A stretch of DNA of 64,000 bases from an uncultured Syntrophomonas sp. (GCA_964501655.1 CAZCTN010000006.1:29206-93205), one strand, 5' to 3'. Positions 20,560 to 29,183 are shown, counted from the stretch's first letter. The notes: a model not told the origin generated them from the sequence alone. Numbers and translations: made by a program.

Positions 20560-21834
20560 ATGGCCGACTACCGTCAGATGTGGAGCGATCTGGGGATGGA
20601 TCTGAAAAAACATGATATCTTGTGTGAAGTCCTGCCCGATGCTTTTGGGGGGGTATACCTCTCCCAGGAGAACCGGCCCGAAGGCATGGATTATTTCAAT
20701 TTCGTGGTGGCGGAAATCCATGGAGTAAGGCCGGCGGAACTGATCGAACACCAGCAGAAGGGGGGAAAAGTATTTGGCACCTTCTGTGTTTATGTTCCAG
20801 ACGAAGTAATATTCGCTGCCGGGGCCATCGCAACCGGACTATGCGGGGGTTCACAGTTCTGGGTGCCGGGCGGGGAGAAGGTCCTGCCGGCCAACACCTG
20901 CCCCCTGATCAAGGCTTCGGTGGGAGCCCGGTTGGATGGAACCTGCCCCTTTTTCAAGATAGCTGATATGTATATCGGGGAAACTACCTGTGACGGCAAG
21001 AAAAAGGCCTGGGAGATCCTTAACCAGGAAGTTCCGGTATATGTCATGGACCTGCCCCAGATGAAACGGGATCGGGATATTCAAGCCTGGAAAGAAGAAA
21101 TAAAGTCCCTGGTGCAGAAAGTGGAAGAATTCACCGGCAATACTGTTACCGTGGAAGCCCTGGCCCAAAATATCAAACTGATAAACGACAAGAGAAAAGC
21201 CCTGGCTCGCTTGTATGCACTGCGGAAGAATTCACCGGTGCCCATCAGCGGCAAAGATGCGCTGCTGATCACCCAGATCGCTTTCTATGACGACCCGGGC
21301 CGTTTTACCGCCCAGGTTAACGCCCTGTGCGATGAACTGGATCAGAGAGTGTTACGGGGCGAAGGCGTTTTCCCGGCTGATGCTCCCCGTATCATGATCA
21401 CTGGCACCCCTATGGCAATACCCAACTGGAAACTGCATCATGTAGTGGAAAGCCTGGGGGCAGCAGTGGTAGTGGAAGAACTATGTACCGGGGTGCGCTA
21501 TTTCGAGAACCCGGTAGATGAAAACGGCAGCACCATGGATGAACAATTGCAAGCCTTGTCCGATCGCTATATGAAAACCAACTGTGCCTGCTTTACCCCC
21601 AATACCGGACGAGTGGAAGATATTTTGAGACTGGCCAAAGATTACCGGGTGGATGGTATCATAGACTGCAACCTGCAGTTCTGCGGCCTGTATTCGACTG
21701 AAAGTTATCTGGTCCAGCAGGCGGTAAAAGAAGCCGGTCTTCCCATAATGCATTTGGAAACTGATTACAGTGAACAGGATTTTGAGCAGATCAGAACCAG
21801 GGTGGAAGCCTTCCTGGAGATGCTGCAAAAGTAA
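20560..21834 (+). CDS. 2-hydroxyacyl-CoA dehydratase / double-cubane-cluster (DCCP) family protein
   Basis: About 424 aa. Family-level recognition from the overall sequence pattern (Cys-rich HGD-D-like). ATG 20560 is better spaced from AGAGGAG than 20551. Confidence 0.65.
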   Translation: MADYRQMWSDLGMDLKKHDILCEVLPDAFGGVYLSQENRPEGMDYFNFVVAEIHGVRPAELIEHQQKGGKVFGTFCVYVPDEVIFAAGAIATGLCGGSQFWVPGGEKVLPANTCPLIKASVGARLDGTCPFFKIADMYIGETTCDGKKKAWEILNQEVPVYVMDLPQMKRDRDIQAWKEEIKSLVQKVEEFTGNTVTVEALAQNIKLINDKRKALARLYALRKNSPVPISGKDALLITQIAFYDDPGRFTAQVNALCDELDQRVLRGEGVFPADAPRIMITGTPMAIPNWKLHHVVESLGAAVVVEELCTGVRYFENPVDENGSTMDEQLQALSDRYMKTNCACFTPNTGRVEDILRLAKDYRVDGIIDCNLQFCGLYSTESYLVQQAVKEAGLPIMHLETDYSEQDFEQIRTRVEAFLEMLQK

Positions 21835-21835
21835 T

Positions 21836-22111
21836 ATGGACAGGTCTGAGCAGGAAGATAAATATCAGTATTATATGTTGTTTCCCAATCATCACGAGGG
21901 ATTAAAGGCCCATAAATATATTAAGGAAGCGGGGATAAAATGCACCATATCCCCAACCCCTCGGGAAGCCAGCAAATCCTGCGGTATTTCGCTGATGCTG
22001 GAGCCGGAGAATATCGGTCCAGCTAGGAACATAATCGAACAAAACAATATAAACACCGAAGGCATTGTTAAAATCAAGAGCAAGAGCCATGATGGCTACC
22101 GTTCTTGTTAA
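21836..22111 (+). CDS. DUF3343 (putative S/Se carrier-like) small protein
   Basis: 91 aa from ATG 21836, two nt after the upstream stop. Pattern YYMLFPNHHEGLKAHKYIKEAGIKCTISPTPREASKSCGISL matches DUF3343 (xAxxAExxLkxxGIxxxxxPtPrxxsxxCGxxL). Confidence 0.65.
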   Translation: MDRSEQEDKYQYYMLFPNHHEGLKAHKYIKEAGIKCTISPTPREASKSCGISLMLEPENIGPARNIIEQNNINTEGIVKIKSKSHDGYRSC

Positions 22112-22124
22112 CCAGCCAGAGCAG

Positions 22125-22168
22125 AGCGTCCTCTCAACATCAACCAGAGGACGCTATCTTTCTTCTTC
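22125..22168 (+). terminator. Rho-independent terminator of the 20560-22111 operon
   Basis: 10-bp stem AGCGTCCTCT / AGAGGACGCT followed by a T-rich tract. Confidence 0.7.
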
Positions 22169-22527
22169 ATACCCCCTCAATGACCGTCCCCCTGGTTTCC
22201 ACCATAGACTTTCCACACTTGCCGTATTTAATTAACCAGGCGAATAGGCCCTTTTTACCGGGGCCGGTGCGAGCTAGCTTTTTAGAATTTGCTGATAGTT
22301 TATTCTAAGCTGCTACAAAAATATCCTCGGGGATTATTCCCCGGGGACCACCAACTGATAGGACCCAGTCTGATTGATCGCGTAAAGATGTTCTTTGTTT
22401 GCGTACCACAGATACAATAAATATTAAAAATGTAAAAAATTTCTTTTCGTTATATGAGTCACATGGTAATATAAACCCAATTATGCGCATGATGTTGTAA
22501 TACTAATGTAGAAAGGAAGAAACTTTG

Positions 22528-23088
22528 ATGAGAAAAAAGATAGTCAGAATAGCGTCTATTTGTATTATTATGCTATTGTGTTTTTCTTCAGTCGCACTAG
22601 GTGAGAGAAGAGTATTGCCTGTTACCGGTTATGAACAGGAGGGAATTGGATGGTGTTGGGCAGCGAGCGATAAAATGATAATAAAATACACTAAAGGCTC
22701 AGCTCCATCGCAGCAGTCTTTGGTTAACGATTATTCTACAGATCCTGACGGTGGAGCCAATTTGAGTGTAGCAAGAGACGCTTTGAACGATTATGGCGTA
22801 TCAAACTCAATCACGTACAATTGCTTAAGCTATACTGCTGTGAAGTCACAAATAAACTATGGCGATGATGGCCGACCAATATTTTGCAGATTGCAAAACG
22901 GCGATGGTTGGTTGTATAGCCATGCAGTTGTTCTTAGGGGTTATAATACTGACAATAGTCTGGTATATTATATTGATCCTTCGGATGGTTTGGGGCACGG
23001 CATTACTTATAGTAGATTTTGCGCTGGCGTAAAATATGATGGCTTCTATTCTGATTGGGATGGTACCATCTACAATAATCATGATTAG
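22528..23088 (+). CDS. Secreted papain-fold cysteine peptidase (C39-like/papain-like)
   Basis: Signal peptide. Gln is six residues before the Cys in YEQEGIGWCWAAS, the papain Q19/C25 spacing. His candidate in YSHAVVLRGY, Asp/Asn candidate in YYIDPSDG. RBS GAAAGGAAG. AT-rich relative to neighbouring genes. Confidence 0.6.
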   Translation: MRKKIVRIASICIIMLLCFSSVALGERRVLPVTGYEQEGIGWCWAASDKMIIKYTKGSAPSQQSLVNDYSTDPDGGANLSVARDALNDYGVSNSITYNCLSYTAVKSQINYGDDGRPIFCRLQNGDGWLYSHAVVLRGYNTDNSLVYYIDPSDGLGHGITYSRFCAGVKYDGFYSDWDGTIYNNHD

Positions 23089-23107
23089 CAGCGATGGAGG
23101 TTAGTAA

Positions 23108-23863
23108 ATGAAACGTACAAATATTTTATGGGTCTTATCTATTGCTTTATTAATTACTCTAATAACGTCAGGCATTGTATATGCAGTTTCACCTGATCAA
23201 CAAGCTAGAATATTTGCTGATGAATGCTTTTCTACTGGAATTGCAGAATCTGCTTTGGTTGATTGTGGTTATACTAGTGAAGAGGAGGCCACAAGGGCAC
23301 ATTTGGGTGAACCAATTAAGAATTATATGATATCTTATGATAAGCTTGATATGGGCAAAAGCTTAAAAGAGAACTCTCAGGAAATGCCATTTTACGTTTT
23401 GCCCATTATAGTTGATGGAGAAGTTGTTACTGACTTTATAATATTACTTGAGAATGGGAAATGGGAGTTCGTTAGTGTCGGCGGCAATATGAGCAAACTA
23501 GCGTATGAAATGGCAAAGGACAATAAGATTAATATAAGCCAGGTTAATATGCTTAGGTTTGGCGGACAAAGCTACTTATTTGCTGACAAAAATGGGAATG
23601 AAGTTGCGTACTCCCCCTATATATCCAGCCCCGAATTAGGAATCAATAAACAGAAGACGTATTCTTCAGAAAAAATTAAAAAACAATTGGAAATTAGACA
23701 AAAACAAATACAAGAAAAAATGAAAACCAGAGACACTGGTATAATGGGTGGAGAAAATTATGGCGCATATGGGCCGATTGATTTTCATCAGAGCAAGAGT
23801 GTTTTATCCAGGTTGCTAGGATACCTAGATTATTCAATAGTAAACCAGAGACCAGCTAACTAA
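23108..23863 (+). CDS. Hypothetical N-terminally membrane-anchored or secreted protein, partner of the peptidase
   Basis: GGAGG RBS 7 nt upstream and 19 nt after the peptidase stop. N-terminal hydrophobic helix ILWVLSIALLITLITSGIVYA. No family recognised. Confidence 0.55.
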   Translation: MKRTNILWVLSIALLITLITSGIVYAVSPDQQARIFADECFSTGIAESALVDCGYTSEEEATRAHLGEPIKNYMISYDKLDMGKSLKENSQEMPFYVLPIIVDGEVVTDFIILLENGKWEFVSVGGNMSKLAYEMAKDNKINISQVNMLRFGGQSYLFADKNGNEVAYSPYISSPELGINKQKTYSSEKIKKQLEIRQKQIQEKMKTRDTGIMGGENYGAYGPIDFHQSKSVLSRLLGYLDYSIVNQRPAN

Positions 23864-23876
23864 AGTCAAGCTTTTT
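23843..23876. repeat. 3' end of ORF 23108..23863 plus 13 nt; partner of the inverted repeat at 10342..10375
   Basis: See the partner entry. Confidence 0.8.
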
Positions 23877-24027
23877 GGCGTAAACCATGGGGACGGTTCT
23901 TGAAGGGGTCAATCGGAAGTTTTGCGCACGAAATAGGGCTCAACTATCGTTTTAGGCGATCTTTGAGTCCTTTAAACAGCCTACGCAATTTGGTATAATA
24001 TCACAAAAGATTTCGAGGATTAGTCAA

Positions 24028-24252
24028 TTGGATCGTATACATTTAGCGTGGGCTATAATTATCACCTGCTTCATAACCTGGTTAAGTATGCCTGCTATTG
24101 GACTTATTTGGATAAAAAATAACAGGCTAGACCTAAAATTCAAAATATTACTCGGAGTTGTTATTCTATTTGCCTTTGCCATTATTAGTATAGAGCTGGG
24201 GAACTACATGGATAACTATATTAATGCCAGCATACAAGCAACAGGGAAATGA
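24028..24252 (+). CDS. Hypothetical 74-aa two-TM protein (TTG start)
   Basis: Two clear hydrophobic helices. TGGTATAAT extended -10 lies about 30 nt upstream. Short length and TTG start keep confidence low. Confidence 0.35.
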   Translation: MDRIHLAWAIIITCFITWLSMPAIGLIWIKNNRLDLKFKILLGVVILFAFAIISIELGNYMDNYINASIQATGK

Positions 24253-24367
24253 ACCCCTGGGTTCCATTTAATAATTTTTTTATTGAAAATTCGGCAGAAA
24301 TTTGAGAGAATGAATGTGTAGGAATAATTCCGGCTGATGGCTGGTTTTATTGGAGATTAAGCAAATC

Positions 24368-24479
24368 AAAAAGGTAGGAAGGTAAGAACGGTAGGTATAA
24401 GAATGTGGAGTTATTCCCGTTGGGCTATTGGCCGATTGGGAATCAACGCTGTTCTTGAACTCCTGTGGGAGTTTTTTTT
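24368..24479 (+). promoter_or_regulatory. Leader element copy 1: purine-rich GGTA-repeat head, variable hairpin, intrinsic terminator
   Basis: AAAAAGGTAGGAAGGTAAGAACGGTAGGTATAAGAATGTGGAGTTA...; hairpin ATTCCC/GGGAAT; terminator AACTCC-TGTG-GGAGTT followed by T8. Confidence 0.6.
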
Positions 24480-24630
24480 ATTACCTTGATATTGTAGGCA
24501 AAGGAGGCGGAGATAACTAGTATCATCAACGGGGCTAATCACCCTTGTTATTACACTTTTACATTTGATACTGCGATTCAAAAGCCGGTCAAGGTTTTTA
24601 AAGTAGTATTGCAGGATGGTTTAACAATTT

Positions 24631-24749
24631 AAAAGGTAGGAAGGTTAGACGGTAGGTAAAAGAATGAGGTGTTAACCCGGTAATCCCAGTTGCGCTGTGC
24701 GCAAGCAGGATTCAGCACCATTCTTGGGACTCCTATGGGAGTTTTTTTT
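24631..24749 (+). promoter_or_regulatory. Leader element copy 2, homologous to copy 1; ends about 20 nt before the dctP RBS
   Basis: AAAAGGTAGGAAGGTTAGACGGTAGGTAAAAGAATGAGGTGTTA...; hairpins AATCC/GGATT and TTGCGC/GCGCAA; AAGAATG can pair with CATTCTT; terminator ACTCC-TATG-GGAGT followed by T8. Confidence 0.6.
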
Positions 24750-24783
24750 CTTGCCTGAAGCCAGTTACTTAAGGAGGAGAAAA

Positions 24784-25881
24784 ATGCGAGTATTGTTGGG
24801 TAGCAGAAAAAAGAGTTGGGGAATGAGCCAAAAATTGCTGTGTCTGATGCTGATCTTGGTGCTGAGCACAGCCGTGGGATGTTCGAATTCCAGTAATGAA
24901 TCCGGGCAGGAACAGAAGCAGGCCCCGGTTATTGAACTTAGACTGGCCCATTTTTTCCCCAGTACTCATCCCGCTGAAACTGAACTGATTCAGCCCTGGA
25001 TAGCAGCTATTGAAGAGGCCACCGCCGGTCAGGTCAAGATAGTAAGTTATCCCAATCAGACTCTGCTGAATGCTGATTCCATATATGCCGGAGTAGTAGA
25101 CGGCAGCGCTGATCTGGGTCTTTCCTGTTTTTCATATACTCGAGGACGCTTCCCGGTTTTGGAAGTCTTTGAACTCCCGGGAATAACTTATAATAATTCC
25201 AAAGTAGCCAGCAAGGTAGCCTGGGAAGGTATTCAGGAACTGAATCCCCAGGAAATCCAGGACACCAAGCTCATGATGGTACTGACTACCGGTCCTGGCG
25301 ACCTCTACACCAAGTCTGCGGTTCGCAGCCTGGATGATATTAAGGGCATGGAGATTAGAGCTACCGGATTGAGCGCTACTACCCTGCAGGCCCTGGGAGC
25401 CGTACCGGCCGCTATGCCCCAGTCAGATGCCTATGAGGCTTTGACTAAAGGTGTGGTTAAGGGTAATCTGGGCCCCATTGAAGTATTAAAGGGATGGAAG
25501 CAGGCCGAGGTCACCAGTTACATTACCCAGACCCCCTTCCTGTATAACACCTTGTTTTTTGTCACCATGAATCTTGATAAATGGAATTCATTGGAACCTG
25601 ATGTTCAACAGGCTATAGAAGCCATTAACGAAGAATATTTTGAAAAAGTTGCCATCTCCCTTTGGGATAAGCAAAATGAAGATGCATTAAAATATGCGGT
25701 GGATGAACAGGGGATGGAAGTAATCACTCTCACCCCGGAAGAAGCTGATAAATGGATCAGCCTGGTTCAGCCTATCCAGGATGATTTTGTGGCCCGGATG
25801 AACGCAGACGGCAAGCCGGGACAGGAAATACTGGATACCGTAAAACAACTGGCTGATAAATACAACGCCGAATTTAAATAA
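24784..25881 (+). CDS. dctP: TRAP transporter substrate-binding protein (DctP family), lipoprotein
   Basis: AAGGAGGAG RBS before ATG 24784; lipobox LSTAVGC; ELRLAHFFPSTHP... DctP-type pattern. Confidence 0.85.
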   Translation: MRVLLGSRKKSWGMSQKLLCLMLILVLSTAVGCSNSSNESGQEQKQAPVIELRLAHFFPSTHPAETELIQPWIAAIEEATAGQVKIVSYPNQTLLNADSIYAGVVDGSADLGLSCFSYTRGRFPVLEVFELPGITYNNSKVASKVAWEGIQELNPQEIQDTKLMMVLTTGPGDLYTKSAVRSLDDIKGMEIRATGLSATTLQALGAVPAAMPQSDAYEALTKGVVKGNLGPIEVLKGWKQAEVTSYITQTPFLYNTLFFVTMNLDKWNSLEPDVQQAIEAINEEYFEKVAISLWDKQNEDALKYAVDEQGMEVITLTPEEADKWISLVQPIQDDFVARMNADGKPGQEILDTVKQLADKYNAEFK

Positions 25882-25899
25882 ATCTGGAGGTGCAGTTAG

Positions 25900-26469
25900 A
25901 TGAACAAGGCAGCCCGGCTGGTAAAAGAAATAAGCCAGCAAATGGATTATTTGGCTGGTTTATGTATTACAGCGGTGATGCTGCTGGTGGTCAGTAATGT
26001 CCTGCTGCGGGTGTTTTTGCATCGTCCTATACTGGGGACCTACGAATATGTAAACATGCTTACGGCAGTAGGGATTGGCCTCGCTCTGGCCCACTGCGCT
26101 TATCAAAAAGGCCATATCGCGGTGGACTTTCTGCTGGAACGTTTTTCCCGGAAACTGCAGACAACAGCCCAGATTCTTACCAATATAATTGCCTTATCGT
26201 TCTGGAGTATGTCAGCATGGTACGTGGCCAAATATGCCCGTACCATGCTGGAAAGCAATACCGTATCACCTACCACCCAGTTTCCCCTGTGGCCGGTAGT
26301 CTTCCTGATAGCCTTCGGTCTTATGGCTTTAAGCCTGGTATTGACACTACAATTAACCCAATCATTGCAGATGGCTTTTGCCGCCGGTCTTCCTGATGGC
26401 TTGCGGCCAGCTGGTTTTAAGCCCAGTATGGACGCTCCGGTAAACCCTGCCATTGAAGAGGGTTTTTAG
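25900..26469 (+). CDS. dctQ: TRAP transporter small permease
   Basis: 189 aa, four TM helices, between dctP and dctM; stop is TAG. Confidence 0.8.
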   Translation: MNKAARLVKEISQQMDYLAGLCITAVMLLVVSNVLLRVFLHRPILGTYEYVNMLTAVGIGLALAHCAYQKGHIAVDFLLERFSRKLQTTAQILTNIIALSFWSMSAWYVAKYARTMLESNTVSPTTQFPLWPVVFLIAFGLMALSLVLTLQLTQSLQMAFAAGLPDGLRPAGFKPSMDAPVNPAIEEGF

Positions 26470-27780
26470 ATGAATTCACTGCTTGCGGGACTTTTAGGTC
26501 TGGCTGCTTTTATGCTTTTGTTGGTACTCAGAATGCCTATTGCCTATGCCATGGCCCTGGTGGGATTTGTAGGATTCAGTCTTCTGACCTCTTTTTCATC
26601 AGGGTTTAGCATGGTAGCCAAGGAGATTTACAATACTTTCTCATCCTATTCCTTGAGTGTTATCGTAATGTTTATCTGGATGGGCTTTCTGGCTTACTAT
26701 TCCGGTATTGGCACCCGCTTGTATGTCTTTGCTCATAAGATGATCGGGCACTGGCCGGGAGGCCTGGCTATTGCAACTCAGCTGGCCTGTGGGGTCTTTG
26801 GAGCCATCTGTGGTTCCAACACCGCTACCTCGGCCACCATGGGGGCCATTGCCCTGCCGGAAATGAAGAAATACCATTATGATATGTCTCTGGCTACCGC
26901 CAGTATTGCTGCCGGGGGAGTACTGGGAGTCTTGATTCCACCCAGTGTTATTTTTATCGTTTACGGTATGGCTACGGAACAATCGATAGGACGGCTCTTT
27001 ATGGCCGGTATCATTCCCGGCCTCCTGTTGATGGTGTTCTATATTATAACTATCTGGATATTAACCCGACGCCGGACTGACTTGGGTCCCCCGGGCCCCA
27101 GGGCAGATTGGAAGGAGCGGCTGAAAAGCCTGCGGGGAGGTCTGGCTGAAGTACTGTTTGTGTTTGCCCTGTCCATGGGTGGTCTCTTTGCCGGCTGGTT
27201 TACACCCACTGAAGCCGGAGCAATTGGAGCCGCAGGAGTATTGGCAGCAGCTTTGGCCGGCAGGCACCTGAACTGGGAGGGCTTCAAACAATCTCTCTTT
27301 GATACTACTCGCACCACTGCCATGATCATGCTCATGATTGCAGGCGCCATGATGTTCGGTCGCTTTATGGCTATCAGCCGGGTTCCCTTTGAACTGGCTT
27401 CGTGGGCAGGCTCCCTGGCCTTTCCTCCCGTGCTGGTACTGGCCATAATTCTGCTGATCTACCTGGTGCTGGGCTGCTTTATTGATGCCCTGGCACTTAT
27501 CCTGCTTACCATTCCTATCTTTTTCCCAGTGGTGGTGAATACCCTGGGGTACGATCCCATCTGGTTCGGAGTAATTATGGTTATGGTAGTTGCCATGGGT
27601 GTTATTACACCGCCGGTGGGAATGAATGTGTATGTTATTAAAGGAGTAGCACCGGAAATTCCGGTAGAATTAATATTCAAAGGTGTCTGGCCCTTTTTAA
27701 TCGCTATCATATTGTGTCTGGCAGTACTGATAGCCTTCCCGGCCCTGGCTACCTTCCTCCCTTCCCTGCTGATAAGGTAA
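26470..27780 (+). CDS. dctM: TRAP transporter large permease
   Basis: 436-aa polytopic protein; start abuts the dctQ stop. Confidence 0.85.
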   Translation: MNSLLAGLLGLAAFMLLLVLRMPIAYAMALVGFVGFSLLTSFSSGFSMVAKEIYNTFSSYSLSVIVMFIWMGFLAYYSGIGTRLYVFAHKMIGHWPGGLAIATQLACGVFGAICGSNTATSATMGAIALPEMKKYHYDMSLATASIAAGGVLGVLIPPSVIFIVYGMATEQSIGRLFMAGIIPGLLLMVFYIITIWILTRRRTDLGPPGPRADWKERLKSLRGGLAEVLFVFALSMGGLFAGWFTPTEAGAIGAAGVLAAALAGRHLNWEGFKQSLFDTTRTTAMIMLMIAGAMMFGRFMAISRVPFELASWAGSLAFPPVLVLAIILLIYLVLGCFIDALALILLTIPIFFPVVVNTLGYDPIWFGVIMVMVVAMGVITPPVGMNVYVIKGVAPEIPVELIFKGVWPFLIAIILCLAVLIAFPALATFLPSLLIR

Positions 27781-27803
27781 ACCATGCAGGTCTTGTCAGC
27801 TGT

Positions 27804-28862
27804 TCAGCGGTTGATATATCGGGGAACCTTTTCTTGAGGATTGACCCGGTCCAAATCATACAAAACCCCGTCCGGATCGATGGAATAAGGTTGAAGTTTT
27901 TCCGCTATTCGGGCTTTTTCCATTTCCAGGTTGGACTGACCCGGGATCCATATATCGATAAGAATAGGACGTTCATTGACCGGCATCTGGTCAACCTGGG
28001 CCAGGGCCCGATTGCACACTTCGCAATGGCTGGCAATAAACAGAACATATTCCCGGCTAAGATCAATCTGCACCGGGCTTCCATCGGCCCGATAGAAGGT
28101 AGTCAAAATTACTGCATCTCCTGCATCCGCGGCATCGTTCCCGACCTGCTCATCTGCCTGATGTTCATCAACAGTCTGACTTCTTTCTTCCCTGGTGTTC
28201 TTGTCAGGAAGGGTTTCAAGGTTTTCAGTATCGCTAATTTCTTCCGAGCTGCCCCGCGGTTCCATCCCTGCTTCAGACTGGGTATCAGAATCCTGGATGA
28301 AACTTTCAGAACTTGAAGGAGTATCTTGCCCGGGCTGGGACACTGCAATACTGGATGACTCTTCGATTCTGCTGTTCGCTTGATTAGCCCCATCACTGAA
28401 GTTCAGCAGTAGCAGGAACGCCCCGACTGCCAGCAGCGAGATCAGGAGCATACACCTTACCGGCCTGGATTCTCTTTGCTGATAACCCAGCAGGAGCCAT
28501 AACCCGACCATAATAACGGCCGAGATACAGCAGAAGACACAATACTGTTTAAGCACAAATATCTGTATCAGGACCATATTCATTGACACTAGGGCACCCC
28601 CAGCAGCCAGCAACAGAGCGTAATTTCTTTTTCCCCTGACCAGGCACAGAAGAATCAGCAGGTAACCCAGTATTCCGGCATAGGCAATGGGCACCCCGAA
28701 GGGCTGACCCCAAAAGGTGTTATGAACTGTGTCACACGCTTCACAGCCGTATTTGGAGAAACTGATATAAAGACTGTCGATAACCCCTATTGCCGCCAGC
28801 AATACAGGCAAACGCTGATTATTCATCCCCATGATCCTTCCACTTGGAATTTGATGCTTCAT
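27804..28862 (-). CDS. Vitamin K epoxide reductase (VKOR) domain fused via an acidic low-complexity linker to a thioredoxin-like CxxC domain
   Basis: N-terminal four or five TM helices with loop Cys pair (GCEAC) and membrane CxxC (YCVFCC). Linker of about 110 aa rich in D/E/S/Q. C-terminal domain carries HCEVC. The real start may be an internal Met (about 28826). Confidence 0.7.
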   Translation of the reverse strand: MKHQIPSGRIMGMNNQRLPVLLAAIGVIDSLYISFSKYGCEACDTVHNTFWGQPFGVPIAYAGILGYLLILLCLVRGKRNYALLLAAGGALVSMNMVLIQIFVLKQYCVFCCISAVIMVGLWLLLGYQQRESRPVRCMLLISLLAVGAFLLLLNFSDGANQANSRIEESSSIAVSQPGQDTPSSSESFIQDSDTQSEAGMEPRGSSEEISDTENLETLPDKNTREERSQTVDEHQADEQVGNDAADAGDAVILTTFYRADGSPVQIDLSREYVLFIASHCEVCNRALAQVDQMPVNERPILIDIWIPGQSNLEMEKARIAEKLQPYSIDPDGVLYDLDRVNPQEKVPRYINR

Positions 28863-29183
28863 AATTCCTTAAAAATAAACAACTACGGGCAGGGTCAACC
28901 CTCCACCGCAACGAGCTGGAGATTAACATCCACCACCGGCTTTGCTAACAGAACCGATCGTTTAAGAGGGGGAGTCATCTTTTCGCCTCGTAATAATATT
29001 ATCACAGCCGGGATTATGTGAATAGATAAGATGAACGCAGGGGGGGGGCTTGCTGCCGCCAATTGTCCTGTTCTATAAGACCAAGGAGGATTTGTTGCCT
29101 TCTCCCCGATATCCAAGAGCCCCCGCTAATGGTTCAGCAGGGGCTCTTGATCTGCTCTGGTAATTTCACTCCAGGTCTGGAGG

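Noticed and set aside
22305-22490. A 61-aa minus-strand ORF and the CCTCGGGGA/TCCCCGGGG hairpin at the left edge of the islet, as a gene plus terminator
   Set aside because: The ORF has no RBS and an implausible composition. The hairpin lacks a clear T-run on the plus strand and has no upstream minus-strand gene to terminate.
23889-23901. A 13-mer, ggggacggttctt, shared with the arm of the 38485 palindrome, as evidence for a dispersed element
   Set aside because: Tens of random 13-mer matches are expected among all position pairs in 64 kb. Similarity does not extend beyond the 13-mer.
24697-24783. N-terminal 29-aa extension of DctP from the track start
   Set aside because: The extension runs through the leader terminator and T-run. 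ATG 24784 has a perfect AAGGAGGAG RBS and is followed by a lipoprotein signal.
28863-29183. Riboswitch in the leader of the VKOR-Trx gene (fragments resembling GCAAAGCC of c-di-GMP-I or GGTG..AA.TCC of cobalamin)
   Set aside because: Only short fragments match. Core elements such as the B12 box GCCACTG and the paired GEMM hairpins are absent.
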